Shown in pieces: positions 48,729 to 57,770 of a DNA stretch of 64,000 nt. The notes beneath the pieces were generated by a model, which saw nothing but the letters and a program-made list of their open reading frames with translations, did no database searches and was not told where the DNA came from. The first letter of the stretch is position 1. Every line of letters starts with the position of its first letter. This stretch comes from Caulobacter sp. (lineage in GTDB: Bacteria > Pseudomonadota > Alphaproteobacteria > Caulobacterales > Caulobacteraceae). The position numbers were made by a program, and so were the translations under genes. The stretch spans positions 1,229-65,228 of the forward strand of contig NZ_DATFAV010000215.1 of assembly GCF_035254145.1 (NCBI RefSeq), given 5' to 3'.

Positions 48729-51653
48729 CTAAAACCGCACGGTCACGGCTCGCCCGCCGTACGAGATCGTCCGAACGGCCGATGGCGGCGTGGGCGCGCT
48801 TTCGCTGGCGGCGCCGATCACCACGATCTTGAGCGTTCGCTGCTTGACCATGCCGGGGAAGGCGCCGCGCCGCGCGCCGACGGTCAGGGTGCGCCGCGCA
48901 TCGTTCCAGCTGAGCTCGTAGCGCGCTGACTGGCCCCTCTCGTAGGCGTAGGTTTCGTTGTCGTCCTCATAGAGAGTGAACTTGCCGTCCGCGCCCGGGT
49001 AGACGCGGATCTCATAGGGCGCGTCAGGGCGCTCGGTCGCGTACTGCAAGGCGGGCCCCATGGGGATGATCGCTCCGGCCCTGATATAGAGCGGCACGAT
49101 GTCGAGCGGCGCCTGGCGCGCGACGGTTTGGCCGCCGGCATGGCGCTGATTGCTCCAGAAATCATACCAGTCCGCGCCCTTGGGCAGATAGGTGCGCATG
49201 GTCAGGTCGCGCGGAGCGCTGACCACCGCGGCGTCCCGCCGCAACTCGCTGGGCGTTCGCCAGACGAAGCGGAACACGCGGCCGCCCTCCGGATGGGAGA
49301 ACTCCAGCCGCACCGGAAGCTTTTCACCCGCCTTCAGCGCGCGCCGCACCAGGCGGGTGCGGGTCGCCGCCCGGGTCCACTCGTCGATCACCGTCTCGCC
49401 GCCCAGGGCGAGGCGCATTCCGTCGTTGCCCGTCAGCCCGATCTCGTATTCGCCGTCCTCCGGCGCGATCAGATCGCCCTCCCAGCGCGCCGAGAAGTGG
49501 CTGAGCGAGGTCAGGCCCGGCGGAAGCTCCGCGAGCGGCGGATCGGGCCAGGTGTGGTCGATCTTCGTATCGAGCGCCGCGCCGCGCGGCGTCTCGAAGT
49601 TCTCGCCGGCGAAATACCGCACCGTCAGGCCCGCCCGGCCGTCGGCGGCGCGCAGGTGTTGCGCCGGCACGAACGTGGGATTGGAGGGGAGGATATTGTA
49701 CATCGCCCGCGTGACGGGGTGGACCAGAACCGAGGGCCCGAACAGGAAACTGTCGTTGATGCCGAACGTCGCCGGGTCGCTGGGGAAGTCCATCGGCAGC
49801 GCGCGCATCAGGGTGTAGCGATCCGCCGTGACCCGGGCGCTGACGCTGTAGATGTAAGGCAGCAGGCGGTAGCGCAGCTGCGTCGCCTCGAGCAGGGCTT
49901 TGTAGACCGGCGGGTCCAGCGCCTTGAACAGATAGGGCTCGCGCTCCACGCTGGTGCCGTGGACCCGCATGATCGGGTTGAAGGCGGCGTACTGGAACCA
50001 GCGGGCGTAGAGCTCGCGCCAGGCGGGGTTCTTCTCGCCGCCAGGAAAGTCGGTGACGAAGAAGCCGCCGGTGTCCTGGGTCCAATAGGGGTTGCCCGTG
50101 ATCGTGACGTTGACGCCGCCGGAGACCTGTTGGGCGAAGGTCTTCCAGCTCGCATAGATGTCGCCCGACCACGAGGCTGCGGCCGTGCGCTGCGCGCCGG
50201 CCCAGGCTGACCGTGTGAGGGTGAAGACGCGCTTGTCGCTGGTCGCGCGCTGGCCCTTGTAGGTCCCTTCAGTCGTCAGCAGGGAGTAGGGGTTCAGGTA
50301 CCGGGTGAAGTCGCCCATTGCGTTGCCGCCCAGCGCCTTGGTGTCGCGGACGTTGTCGGCCGGGTTCCACATCGCCGAGCTGACCTCGACCTCGGTCCCG
50401 TCCATCCAGAGGGCGTCCACGCCCTTGTCGAGCAGACCCGACTTGATGTGCTTGAAATAGATCTCCCGGCCGAGGGGGCTGTAGGCGTCGTAGACGCGCG
50501 CCTGCTTGGAGATCCAGTGCAGCGGCTTGAACCGCAGATCGTGCTGATCCAGTTCGTGGGCGAGCGCCGTGTCGTTTCCAACCGAGGGCCAGATCGAGAC
50601 CATCAGCTTCAGGTGCAGGTCGTGCAGCGAGCGAGTCATGCCCGCGGGATCGGGAAATCGTTCCGGATCCCAGGTCATGCCCGACCAGGAGCCGTCCTTG
50701 TCGCTCCCCCAGTACTGCCAATCCTGCACGATGTAATCGAGGGGGAAGCCTTCCTCGCGGAAGGTCTTGGCGACCTCGAGCAGGCGCGCCTGGGTCGGAT
50801 AGCGCTCCTTGCTCATGAACAGGCCGAACGCCTGCTTGGGGTACATCGGCGCGTCGCCCGTCAGCCACCGATAGTCGCCGATCACGCCGTCCATCGTCTC
50901 GCCGGCCATGAAGTAGTAGTCGACGCCGCCCGGCGCGCTCTCGGCCCAAAGCCGCGCGCCCTGGTCGTCGTCCTTGAAGCGCATCTGCGAATAGCTGTCC
51001 CAGAGGACGCCATAGCGCTCGGTGGAGACCATCACCGGAATGATGATGCCGACATTGGTCTGGACGAGCAGCAGATCCTTGCCCCGGCGGTTGATGTCGT
51101 CGTCGCCCGTGAAGCCGAAGCCGTAGATTCCTTCGCCCGGCTTGAGCGTGAAGCGGTTTTCCACCTCGTAGGTCGGCGCGTCGCTGATGACGCGCCTGTC
51201 GATCGATTGCGGCGCATCGGGCTTCTCGCGGGTGAGCAGCCGGCCGGCGGCGTCATAGTAGGTCAGGGCGCCGGCGTGCTTGTCGATCGCGACGTGCAGC
51301 TTCTGGCCGACCAGCTCCACCGCGTCCGGGGTCTCGCGCACTGTGAAGGCCACGGACTCGGGCTGGCGGATCACCACGAGGCTTGGCGCGGTCCAATAGG
51401 ATTGGCCCAGATTGGCGTTCACCCGCACGATCGTCGGCGAATAGAAGAGCACCGACTTGGTGACGCCGTTCAACTGGAACTGCACGCCGCCGCGCAGCCG
51501 CTGGAAGCGGAACGACGCGTCGGTCGCCGGCCTCAAGGCCTGCAAGTGGCCCAGCGGGTCGAGGCCGGTAGGCGGCGACAGCGGCGCCGCCACGGCCGGA
51601 ACAGCCGCCAACATGGCGATCGCCGCCACGGCGATCGTCCAACGCGCCTTCAT
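48729..51653 (-). CDS. GH31 alpha-xylosidase-like glycosidase with PA14 insert
   Basis: WMDGTE nucleophile, WSGD acid/base, FSARWEG PA14 motif, signal peptide; ATG at 51653. Confidence 0.9.
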   Translation of the reverse strand: MKARWTIAVAAIAMLAAVPAVAAPLSPPTGLDPLGHLQALRPATDASFRFQRLRGGVQFQLNGVTKSVLFYSPTIVRVNANLGQSYWTAPSLVVIRQPESVAFTVRETPDAVELVGQKLHVAIDKHAGALTYYDAAGRLLTREKPDAPQSIDRRVISDAPTYEVENRFTLKPGEGIYGFGFTGDDDINRRGKDLLLVQTNVGIIIPVMVSTERYGVLWDSYSQMRFKDDDQGARLWAESAPGGVDYYFMAGETMDGVIGDYRWLTGDAPMYPKQAFGLFMSKERYPTQARLLEVAKTFREEGFPLDYIVQDWQYWGSDKDGSWSGMTWDPERFPDPAGMTRSLHDLHLKLMVSIWPSVGNDTALAHELDQHDLRFKPLHWISKQARVYDAYSPLGREIYFKHIKSGLLDKGVDALWMDGTEVEVSSAMWNPADNVRDTKALGGNAMGDFTRYLNPYSLLTTEGTYKGQRATSDKRVFTLTRSAWAGAQRTAAASWSGDIYASWKTFAQQVSGGVNVTITGNPYWTQDTGGFFVTDFPGGEKNPAWRELYARWFQYAAFNPIMRVHGTSVEREPYLFKALDPPVYKALLEATQLRYRLLPYIYSVSARVTADRYTLMRALPMDFPSDPATFGINDSFLFGPSVLVHPVTRAMYNILPSNPTFVPAQHLRAADGRAGLTVRYFAGENFETPRGAALDTKIDHTWPDPPLAELPPGLTSLSHFSARWEGDLIAPEDGEYEIGLTGNDGMRLALGGETVIDEWTRAATRTRLVRRALKAGEKLPVRLEFSHPEGGRVFRFVWRTPSELRRDAAVVSAPRDLTMRTYLPKGADWYDFWSNQRHAGGQTVARQAPLDIVPLYIRAGAIIPMGPALQYATERPDAPYEIRVYPGADGKFTLYEDDNETYAYERGQSARYELSWNDARRTLTVGARRGAFPGMVKQRTLKIVVIGAASESAPTPPSAVRTISYGGRAVTVRF

Positions 51654-51778
51654 GCGGCGTCTATCTCTTGGTGGGCGCGAGTCGTTGAATCTGGCGCCCA
51701 CGGCGGTCCCGACCGCGTGGCGAGTAAGGCACCAGCCCATCATCAAATTCCCCAACGCCCTGTCTATTGTCTGACTAA

Positions 51779-51792
51779 TGGTAGCGAAACCA
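51779..51792. promoter_or_regulatory. LacI-type, XylR-like operator
   Basis: TGGTAGCGAAACCA upstream of GH31. Confidence 0.45.
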
Positions 51793-51981
51793 CGGACCGA
51801 TGTCCGATTAAATCTCAGCTTCGTCATTCGCCATGGGATGCCATGCCCGTCGCGATTGGCCGACCGCATGGGTCAAGCGCTGGGCCGAATGTCCTTATTG
51901 CGGAGGGCGGCCAAGGTCTGCTTGTGGCGCATTCGCGCCTCTGAACCGGAGGCGCTGATCGACCGTGAAGGGTAGCCCCGT

Positions 51982-52782
51982 TTAGCGGACTGTTTCTCCA
52001 GCCAGAAGGCGCCCCCAGATGCGCCGTCCACGCTCTTGGTAAAGGCGCGTCTGCTCGACGAGCTGTGAAAACTCGCCGCCTCCGGTCAATTCGGGAGGCA
52101 GCAAGGGGTCGTGCATGATCTCGGCGATCACCGCGCGGCCCACGAGCAAGCTCTCGCGAGCGGCGGCCTCGAGCTCGTGCTGGTCAAGACGCCGCTCACT
52201 CTCGAGTAGAGCTTGGAGCAAGCGGTGATAGTTGGCGCGCAACGCATCGATCGCCCACAGCCCTTGAACCTCGGCGTACTGGACCGCATCGAGCTGCTCC
52301 ACGCCAACCACCTCGGCGCCATCGGCAAGGCCCAGTTGGGGAAGCTGAAGCCGCAGACTTTCAGCTCCGCCGGCCAGATTAGCGGGACGGAGGTGAAAGC
52401 CCGGCCGCCACGTGCGGAAGCCCCGCAGGCTCAGGGCCCGGCGGTGCCGCCGCAGACGTGTGCGATCGGTGGTCGAGATCTTTGGGTCGACGACGGCGAC
52501 CCAATTGCCCGCCCACGGCGTCATCCATGACATCCGGCCAAGCCAGCCCATCACGTCCTCGGCCATCGGCTGGTAGGCGGGATGGAAGCCGTACAACCCG
52601 CGTTCGGCCTTGCAGAGCTTCCGTTGCTGCACCAGGCGGGTCAGGGCCACGCGCATTTGACCCTCGCCCACGTCAAGGACCGCTCCGGCGCGGCACAGAT
52701 CCTGGACCGACAGGCGACTTCCGTCAGCCGCGGTCAGCAAGTCGAGCACGAGATCGGTGGCGGGGGGAACGACCGGCGTCAT
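51982..52782 (-). CDS. PaaX family regulator
   Basis: MRVALTRL wHTH, LSLRGF, LMHDPLLP-type C-terminus (IMHDPLLP). Confidence 0.82.
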   Translation of the reverse strand: MTPVVPPATDLVLDLLTAADGSRLSVQDLCRAGAVLDVGEGQMRVALTRLVQQRKLCKAERGLYGFHPAYQPMAEDVMGWLGRMSWMTPWAGNWVAVVDPKISTTDRTRLRRHRRALSLRGFRTWRPGFHLRPANLAGGAESLRLQLPQLGLADGAEVVGVEQLDAVQYAEVQGLWAIDALRANYHRLLQALLESERRLDQHELEAAARESLLVGRAVIAEIMHDPLLPPELTGGGEFSQLVEQTRLYQERGRRIWGRLLAGETVR

Positions 52783-52879
52783 GTTTCAGCCCTTAGCGCG
52801 TTTGCATCTTAGGGAATGTTTCCATTGATGACATGTTTTGGTCGTGATCTGTAATATTCCAGATAGGGAGAACAAAGTG

Positions 52880-53689
52880 ATGGCGGCGGAGACCTCCGCA
52901 CACGACCGCCCGGGCGCTGGCGTCCGGATCGAGGTCGACGGCGACATAACCACCATTATCCTCTGCCGGCCCGAGCGGCGAAACGCTGTCGACGGACCCA
53001 TGGCGCAAGCTCTGCGCGCGGCGTTCCAGGCGTTCGAGGCCGATGAGAGCCAGCATGTGGCCGTGCTGTTTGGCGAAGGCGGCGCGTTCTGCGCCGGCGC
53101 CGACCTGTCGGCCCTGGAGGATCCGACCCGCGCGCATGAGTTGGACCCCAGCGGCGCCGGCGCCGGTCCTATGGGCCCCTCGCGTCTTCTCCTGTCCAAG
53201 CCGCTGATTGCCGCCGTGGCCGGTCCCGCCGTGGCCGGCGGGCTGGAACTGGCCCTGTTGGCCGACCTGCGAGTGGTCGAGGAGACCGCAGTTTTCGGAG
53301 TCTTCTGCCGCCGGTGGGGTGTGCCGCTGATCGACGGCGGCACGGTGCGTCTGCCGCGGGCAATCGGCATGTCGCGCGCCCTGGACATGATCCTGACCGG
53401 CCGCCCGGTCGACGCTCGAGAAGCCTTAGACATGGGCCTGGCCAACCGGGTCGTGGCGCCGGGCCAGGCGCGCGTCGCCGCCGAGGCGCTGGCTCGCCAG
53501 ATCGCCGCCTTCCCGCAGGCCTGCATGAAGGCCGATCGCCACTCGGCCTATGCTCAATGGGACCTGCCGCTGGACGCCGCCCTCAAGCAGGAGGGACGCT
53601 TGGGCGCGCCGATCGTGGCGGCGGAGGGACGCGCGGGGGCGCGTCGTTTCGTGGGCGGCGCGGGCCGTCACGGCCAGTTCGGAAATTGA
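52880..53689 (+). CDS. Enoyl-CoA hydratase/isomerase (crotonase)
   Basis: RNAVD, FCAGADL, AGGLELAL, DGGTVRLPR. Confidence 0.92.
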   Translation: MAAETSAHDRPGAGVRIEVDGDITTIILCRPERRNAVDGPMAQALRAAFQAFEADESQHVAVLFGEGGAFCAGADLSALEDPTRAHELDPSGAGAGPMGPSRLLLSKPLIAAVAGPAVAGGLELALLADLRVVEETAVFGVFCRRWGVPLIDGGTVRLPRAIGMSRALDMILTGRPVDAREALDMGLANRVVAPGQARVAAEALARQIAAFPQACMKADRHSAYAQWDLPLDAALKQEGRLGAPIVAAEGRAGARRFVGGAGRHGQFGN

Positions 53690-53702
53690 GGAAGATCCCG
53701 AC

Positions 53703-55232
53703 ATGAGCCAAGGCCCGAGCTGCCTGGAGTTGATCGAACGCGGCGCGCGCCAGCACGCCGACCGCATCGCCGTAATCGCCGAGGGTCACAGCCTGACCTT
53801 TGCCGAGGTGAACGTGCGAGCTAATCGCCTGGCCCACGCCATGCGCTCGGCGGGCCTTTCGCCGCACCGCCGCGTGGCGCTGCTCGCCAATAATGGTGTG
53901 CACAGCGTACCCTTGGACTTCGCCTGCGTGAAGGCGTGCCTGAACCGGGTGCCCCTGAACGCCCGCCTGGCGACCAGCGAACACGCCCGGATGCTCGCGG
54001 AGGCCCAATGCAGCGTCCTGGTGTTCGGTCCGGATCTTCTGGATCGCGCCGCCGAGCTGAAGGCTCTAAAGCCGGATCTCGTCTGCCTGGGTCTTGGAGC
54101 GCGGCTGGACGACGGCGACGACCTGCTGGCGATGGCCGAGGCGATGCCGGGCGACGCGCCGCAGACCGATGCCCGGCTCGAGGACGTGATCGTCACCCTC
54201 TATACCTCCGGCACCACCGGTGTGCTGAAGGCGGCCCAGCACACGCAAGGCTCCTACGCGGCGATCTGCCGGAACATCCTCATGAACCTGTTCCCGGCCA
54301 GTCCCGACGACGCCATGCTGCACTCGGCCTCGCTGATCCATGCGAGCGGCACGTTCGTGCTGCCGCTGTGGGTGCGTGGCGGGCGCAACATCGTGCTTCC
54401 AGGCTTTGCGCCCGCCGCTTTTTTGCAGGCGATCGCCGAGCATCGGGTCACCGCGATAAACCTGGTGCCGACGATGATGCAGATGCTGCTGGAGCATCCA
54501 GACATCGACCACTTCGACATCTCGTCGCTCGAGCGGATCATCTACGGCGCCTCGCCGATGCCGCGCGCCGTGATCGAGCGGGCCATCGCTCGCTTCGGCC
54601 GGGCTCGGTTCTGGCAGTTTTTCGGCCAGACCGAGGTCCCGCTGTGCATCGCCGTGCTGCGGCCGGAAGACCATCACGGCGAACAATTGGGGGCCTGCGG
54701 GCGACCGGCTGTGGATGTCGAGATCCGTCTGGTGGACGAGGGCGGTCGGGACGTGGCGACGGGCGAGATCGGTGAGATCCTGGTGCGCGCGCCCAGCGCT
54801 GCGGCCGGTTACTTCAACGCGCCCGATCTGAGCGCTCAGACCTTCGACGCAGAGGGATAGGTCCATACGCGCGACGTCGGCCTATTGGACGCGAACGGCC
54901 TGCTGCACCTGCGCGACCGCACCTCGGACATGATCATCTCGGGCGGCTACAATGTCTATCCGCGGGAGGTCGAGGACGCCCTGATCACCCATCCGGCGGT
55001 GCTGGAGGTCGCGGTCGTGGGCCTGCCGGACGACAAGTGGGTCGAGGCCGTCACCGCCGTCGTGGTGCTGCGCGCCGGACAGGCGGCGACTGACGTCGAA
55101 CTGATCGCCCACGTCGCCGCAGGGATCGCCTCCTACAAGAAACCGCACCGCATCGTGTTCGCCGAGGCCATTCCGAAGACGGCGGTCGGCAAGCTGGACC
55201 GCAAGCGCTTGAAGGCGCAGCTTCTCGTCTAG
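53703..55232 (+). pseudogene. Acyl-CoA synthetase interrupted by an in-frame TAG (54858-54860)
   Basis: YTSGTTG, FGQTE, ...EG*VHTRDVG...DRTSDMIISGGYNVYPREVE...GK; both halves in the same frame. Confidence 0.85.
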
Positions 55233-55293
55233 GCGATGGTTCGCAGCATGGCTGGTTAGCGGGGATCGTGAGAGCCTCGTTATTCACAAGGCG

Positions 55294-55714
55294 ATGCCAA
55301 GAAGCTCACTGGCGCATGCTGGTCAGGTCTATTTCCGCTCCAGCCTGAGCTTTCGAGATGTCGAGGAATTGCTGGCCGAACGCGGCGTCAAAGCCAGCTA
55401 TGAGACGATCCGACGAACGAAGCCACCTCCATCTTTCGGGTGGCCTGCGCGAGAACAACAGGGTGGAGGACTCGCACCCGCCGATCCGACAGTGGGAGCG
55501 AAGGATGCAGCGTTTAAAAGTCCGGCCTCCGCCCAGCGCTTTCTCGCCACCCACGCCGCCGTCTACGACACCTTCAACACTCAACGTCATCTGGTCAGCC
55601 GCGCAACGCTTCGGCGCTTCCGCGCCGAGGCTCACGCAGCGTGGGCGGCAGCCACCGCCGAACGCGGCCAAGTATTCGGCCTCCGCGACGCGGGGCGATC
55701 AACGTGACAGCCCC
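55294..55714 (+). mobile_element. IS6-family transposase remnant with right inverted repeat
   Basis: SLSFRDVEELLAERG..SYETIRR; NNRVEDSH; FKSPASAQRFL; DDE core deleted; right end AACGTGACAGCCCC. Confidence 0.82.
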
Positions 55715-55724
55715 CCGGGCGTCG

Positions 55725-57695
55725 TTAGTAGGTCAGGCCGAAATGGATCGGATACAGGGGGGCCCGGGAGTCGTGCGGCGCATCCTCGGCCTGGGCCTCG
55801 ACGGCGGCCATGGACGAAGGCAGCTCGAACGGCAGCTTGCCACGCGGCGGAGCGGCGCCGGTCAAGGCGTCGAGGAAGGCCTCGTCGCTGGATCCGAAGT
55901 CGCCGATCAAGGCGCTGACCTTGTCCCGCACGTTGGTCAGGATCGCCGGTCGGTCCAGGTAGACGGCGACGATGGTGGGGACCTTGGCCGAGGCGGCCTT
56001 GATCGCCTCGTAGTCGGCCGCGCCGTCCTTGAACGACAGGTCGCCCTCGTGCTGCATCGCGCCGAACACGAAGTTCGGGTGCAGGGTCTGGAACGGCGTC
56101 GCGGTTCGGATGATCGCCAGCTCGGCCTGGGCCAGATCCGCGACCGGAACGAAGCCGTGGGCGCGGGCGGCGGCGTCGGACACGCCCTTGAGCCAGACCT
56201 TCTTGCCGCCCGGCTTCAGCGGCAGCAGACCGTTCTTGTTCTCCAGCAGCGTCAGCGCCGCGCTCTGCGCCGCGCGGCCCTCCGCCACGAACGCCTGGGA
56301 ACCGACGATGGCGGTCGCGGCCTTGGCGTCGACATAGGGATTCTCGAACAGACCCTGCTCGAACTTGATCGCCAGTATGCGCCGCGCCGCGTCGTCGACA
56401 CGGGCCGGCGGGATCTTGCCGGCCTTCACCGCCGCCACCAGCTCGGCCGTGTCCTCGACGCCACCGAACTGGTCGAGGCCCGCGTTGACGCCCTTGGCGT
56501 AGCGATCGGTCTTGGAAAGCGCCTCGACGCCCCAGGCCGTCGAGAAGCCGGCGAAACTCGGCTTCTGGCCTTCGGGGAAGCCGTCGCGGCAGGTCTCGGG
56601 GCAGTCGTTGGTGATCGCCCAGTCGGACAGGACGATCCCCTTGAAGCCGTGCTTGGTCCTGAGTTGCTCGGTCAGCAGTTGCTTGGAGAACCCGGCCCCC
56701 ACCTGTTCGAGCGGCTGACCGTCCAGCATGAGGTCCTTGAGGATCGCGTAGGTCGGCATCACCCCGACGGCGCCGGCGGCGAAGGCCTGGTCGAACGGTT
56801 TGACGTGCAGGTCGAACTGGCCGGCCGGGAAGACGGCGTAGCGGCCATAGCTGTTGTGGCCGTCGAAGCCCTTGGCCGAGGCGCCGTAGCCGACCCAGTG
56901 CTTGACCACCGCCGAAACGCCGTTCGGCACGAGGCTGGTCTGGCCGCCCTGGAAACCCTGGATGTAGGCCTTGACCATGCGGCCGACGAGATCCGGGTCC
57001 TCGCCGAACGTGCCGCTGATCCGCGACCAGCGCGGTTCGGTGGCGAGATCGGCCATCGGGGACAGGGCCTGATGAATGCCGACGGCGCGATACTCCTGGC
57101 GGGCGATGTCGCCGAAGCGGCGGACCAGCGTGTCGTCGCCGATCGCGGCGAGACCCGGGGCCTCCGGCCATTGCGAGAAGCCGCCCGCCGCCACGCTGGC
57201 TCCGTCCACGAACTGGAAGTGGTGGCGCGGGTCGGTGCTGATGGTCACGGGCACGCCCAGGCGGCCCTGCTCGGCGATCGCCTGGACGGCGTTGTTCTGT
57301 TCGGCCAGCCAGGCCGGATCGCCGGAAAGGCGCGTGATGAAGGTCGTCACGCGCCGATCGAGGATCAGCGGCTTCAGCTTGGCGAGGTCATAGCCCTGCC
57401 CTCGCCCCGGAACCATGCCGCCCACGGCCGGCAGGGTGCCGTGCATCATCTCGCCGGCCTTTTCCTCCAGCGTCATGCGGGAAACGAGGTCGGCGGCGCG
57501 CTGGTCCGGGGCCAGACGCCAGTCCTCGAACGGCGAGAGCTTGCCGTCACGATCGAGGTCGCGGAAACGCAGCCCCTCGACCGTCAGCACCTTGCCGTCG
57601 CGGACTCCAAGGAGCGGTTGGGTGGCGGCCAGGGCCGACGAACCGGTCGCGACCAGGATCGCGGTCGAGATCAGAAGACGTTGAAGGGCGCGCAC
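55725..57695 (-). CDS. GH3 beta-glucosidase/beta-xylosidase, secreted
   Basis: STDPR, TFGED, KHW, SDW nucleophile, GLDQFGG. Confidence 0.93.
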   Translation of the reverse strand: MRALQRLLISTAILVATGSSALAATQPLLGVRDGKVLTVEGLRFRDLDRDGKLSPFEDWRLAPDQRAADLVSRMTLEEKAGEMMHGTLPAVGGMVPGRGQGYDLAKLKPLILDRRVTTFITRLSGDPAWLAEQNNAVQAIAEQGRLGVPVTISTDPRHHFQFVDGASVAAGGFSQWPEAPGLAAIGDDTLVRRFGDIARQEYRAVGIHQALSPMADLATEPRWSRISGTFGEDPDLVGRMVKAYIQGFQGGQTSLVPNGVSAVVKHWVGYGASAKGFDGHNSYGRYAVFPAGQFDLHVKPFDQAFAAGAVGVMPTYAILKDLMLDGQPLEQVGAGFSKQLLTEQLRTKHGFKGIVLSDWAITNDCPETCRDGFPEGQKPSFAGFSTAWGVEALSKTDRYAKGVNAGLDQFGGVEDTAELVAAVKAGKIPPARVDDAARRILAIKFEQGLFENPYVDAKAATAIVGSQAFVAEGRAAQSAALTLLENKNGLLPLKPGGKKVWLKGVSDAAARAHGFVPVADLAQAELAIIRTATPFQTLHPNFVFGAMQHEGDLSFKDGAADYEAIKAASAKVPTIVAVYLDRPAILTNVRDKVSALIGDFGSSDEAFLDALTGAAPPRGKLPFELPSSMAAVEAQAEDAPHDSRAPLYPIHFGLTY

Positions 57696-57770
57696 ATTGA
57701 ACTCCGGATACGAACCAAAGAAAGCGCCCTCGGCGCGCAGGAACGCCGAGGGCGGTAAGTCGCCGGGAAG

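Noticed and set aside
51654-51869. Upstream extensions of ORF-track starts (also 1254, 3639, 12346, 17948, 19394, 28280, 39154)
   Set aside because: Extensions lack homology-like content; downstream starts have an RBS, signal peptide or coupling overlap
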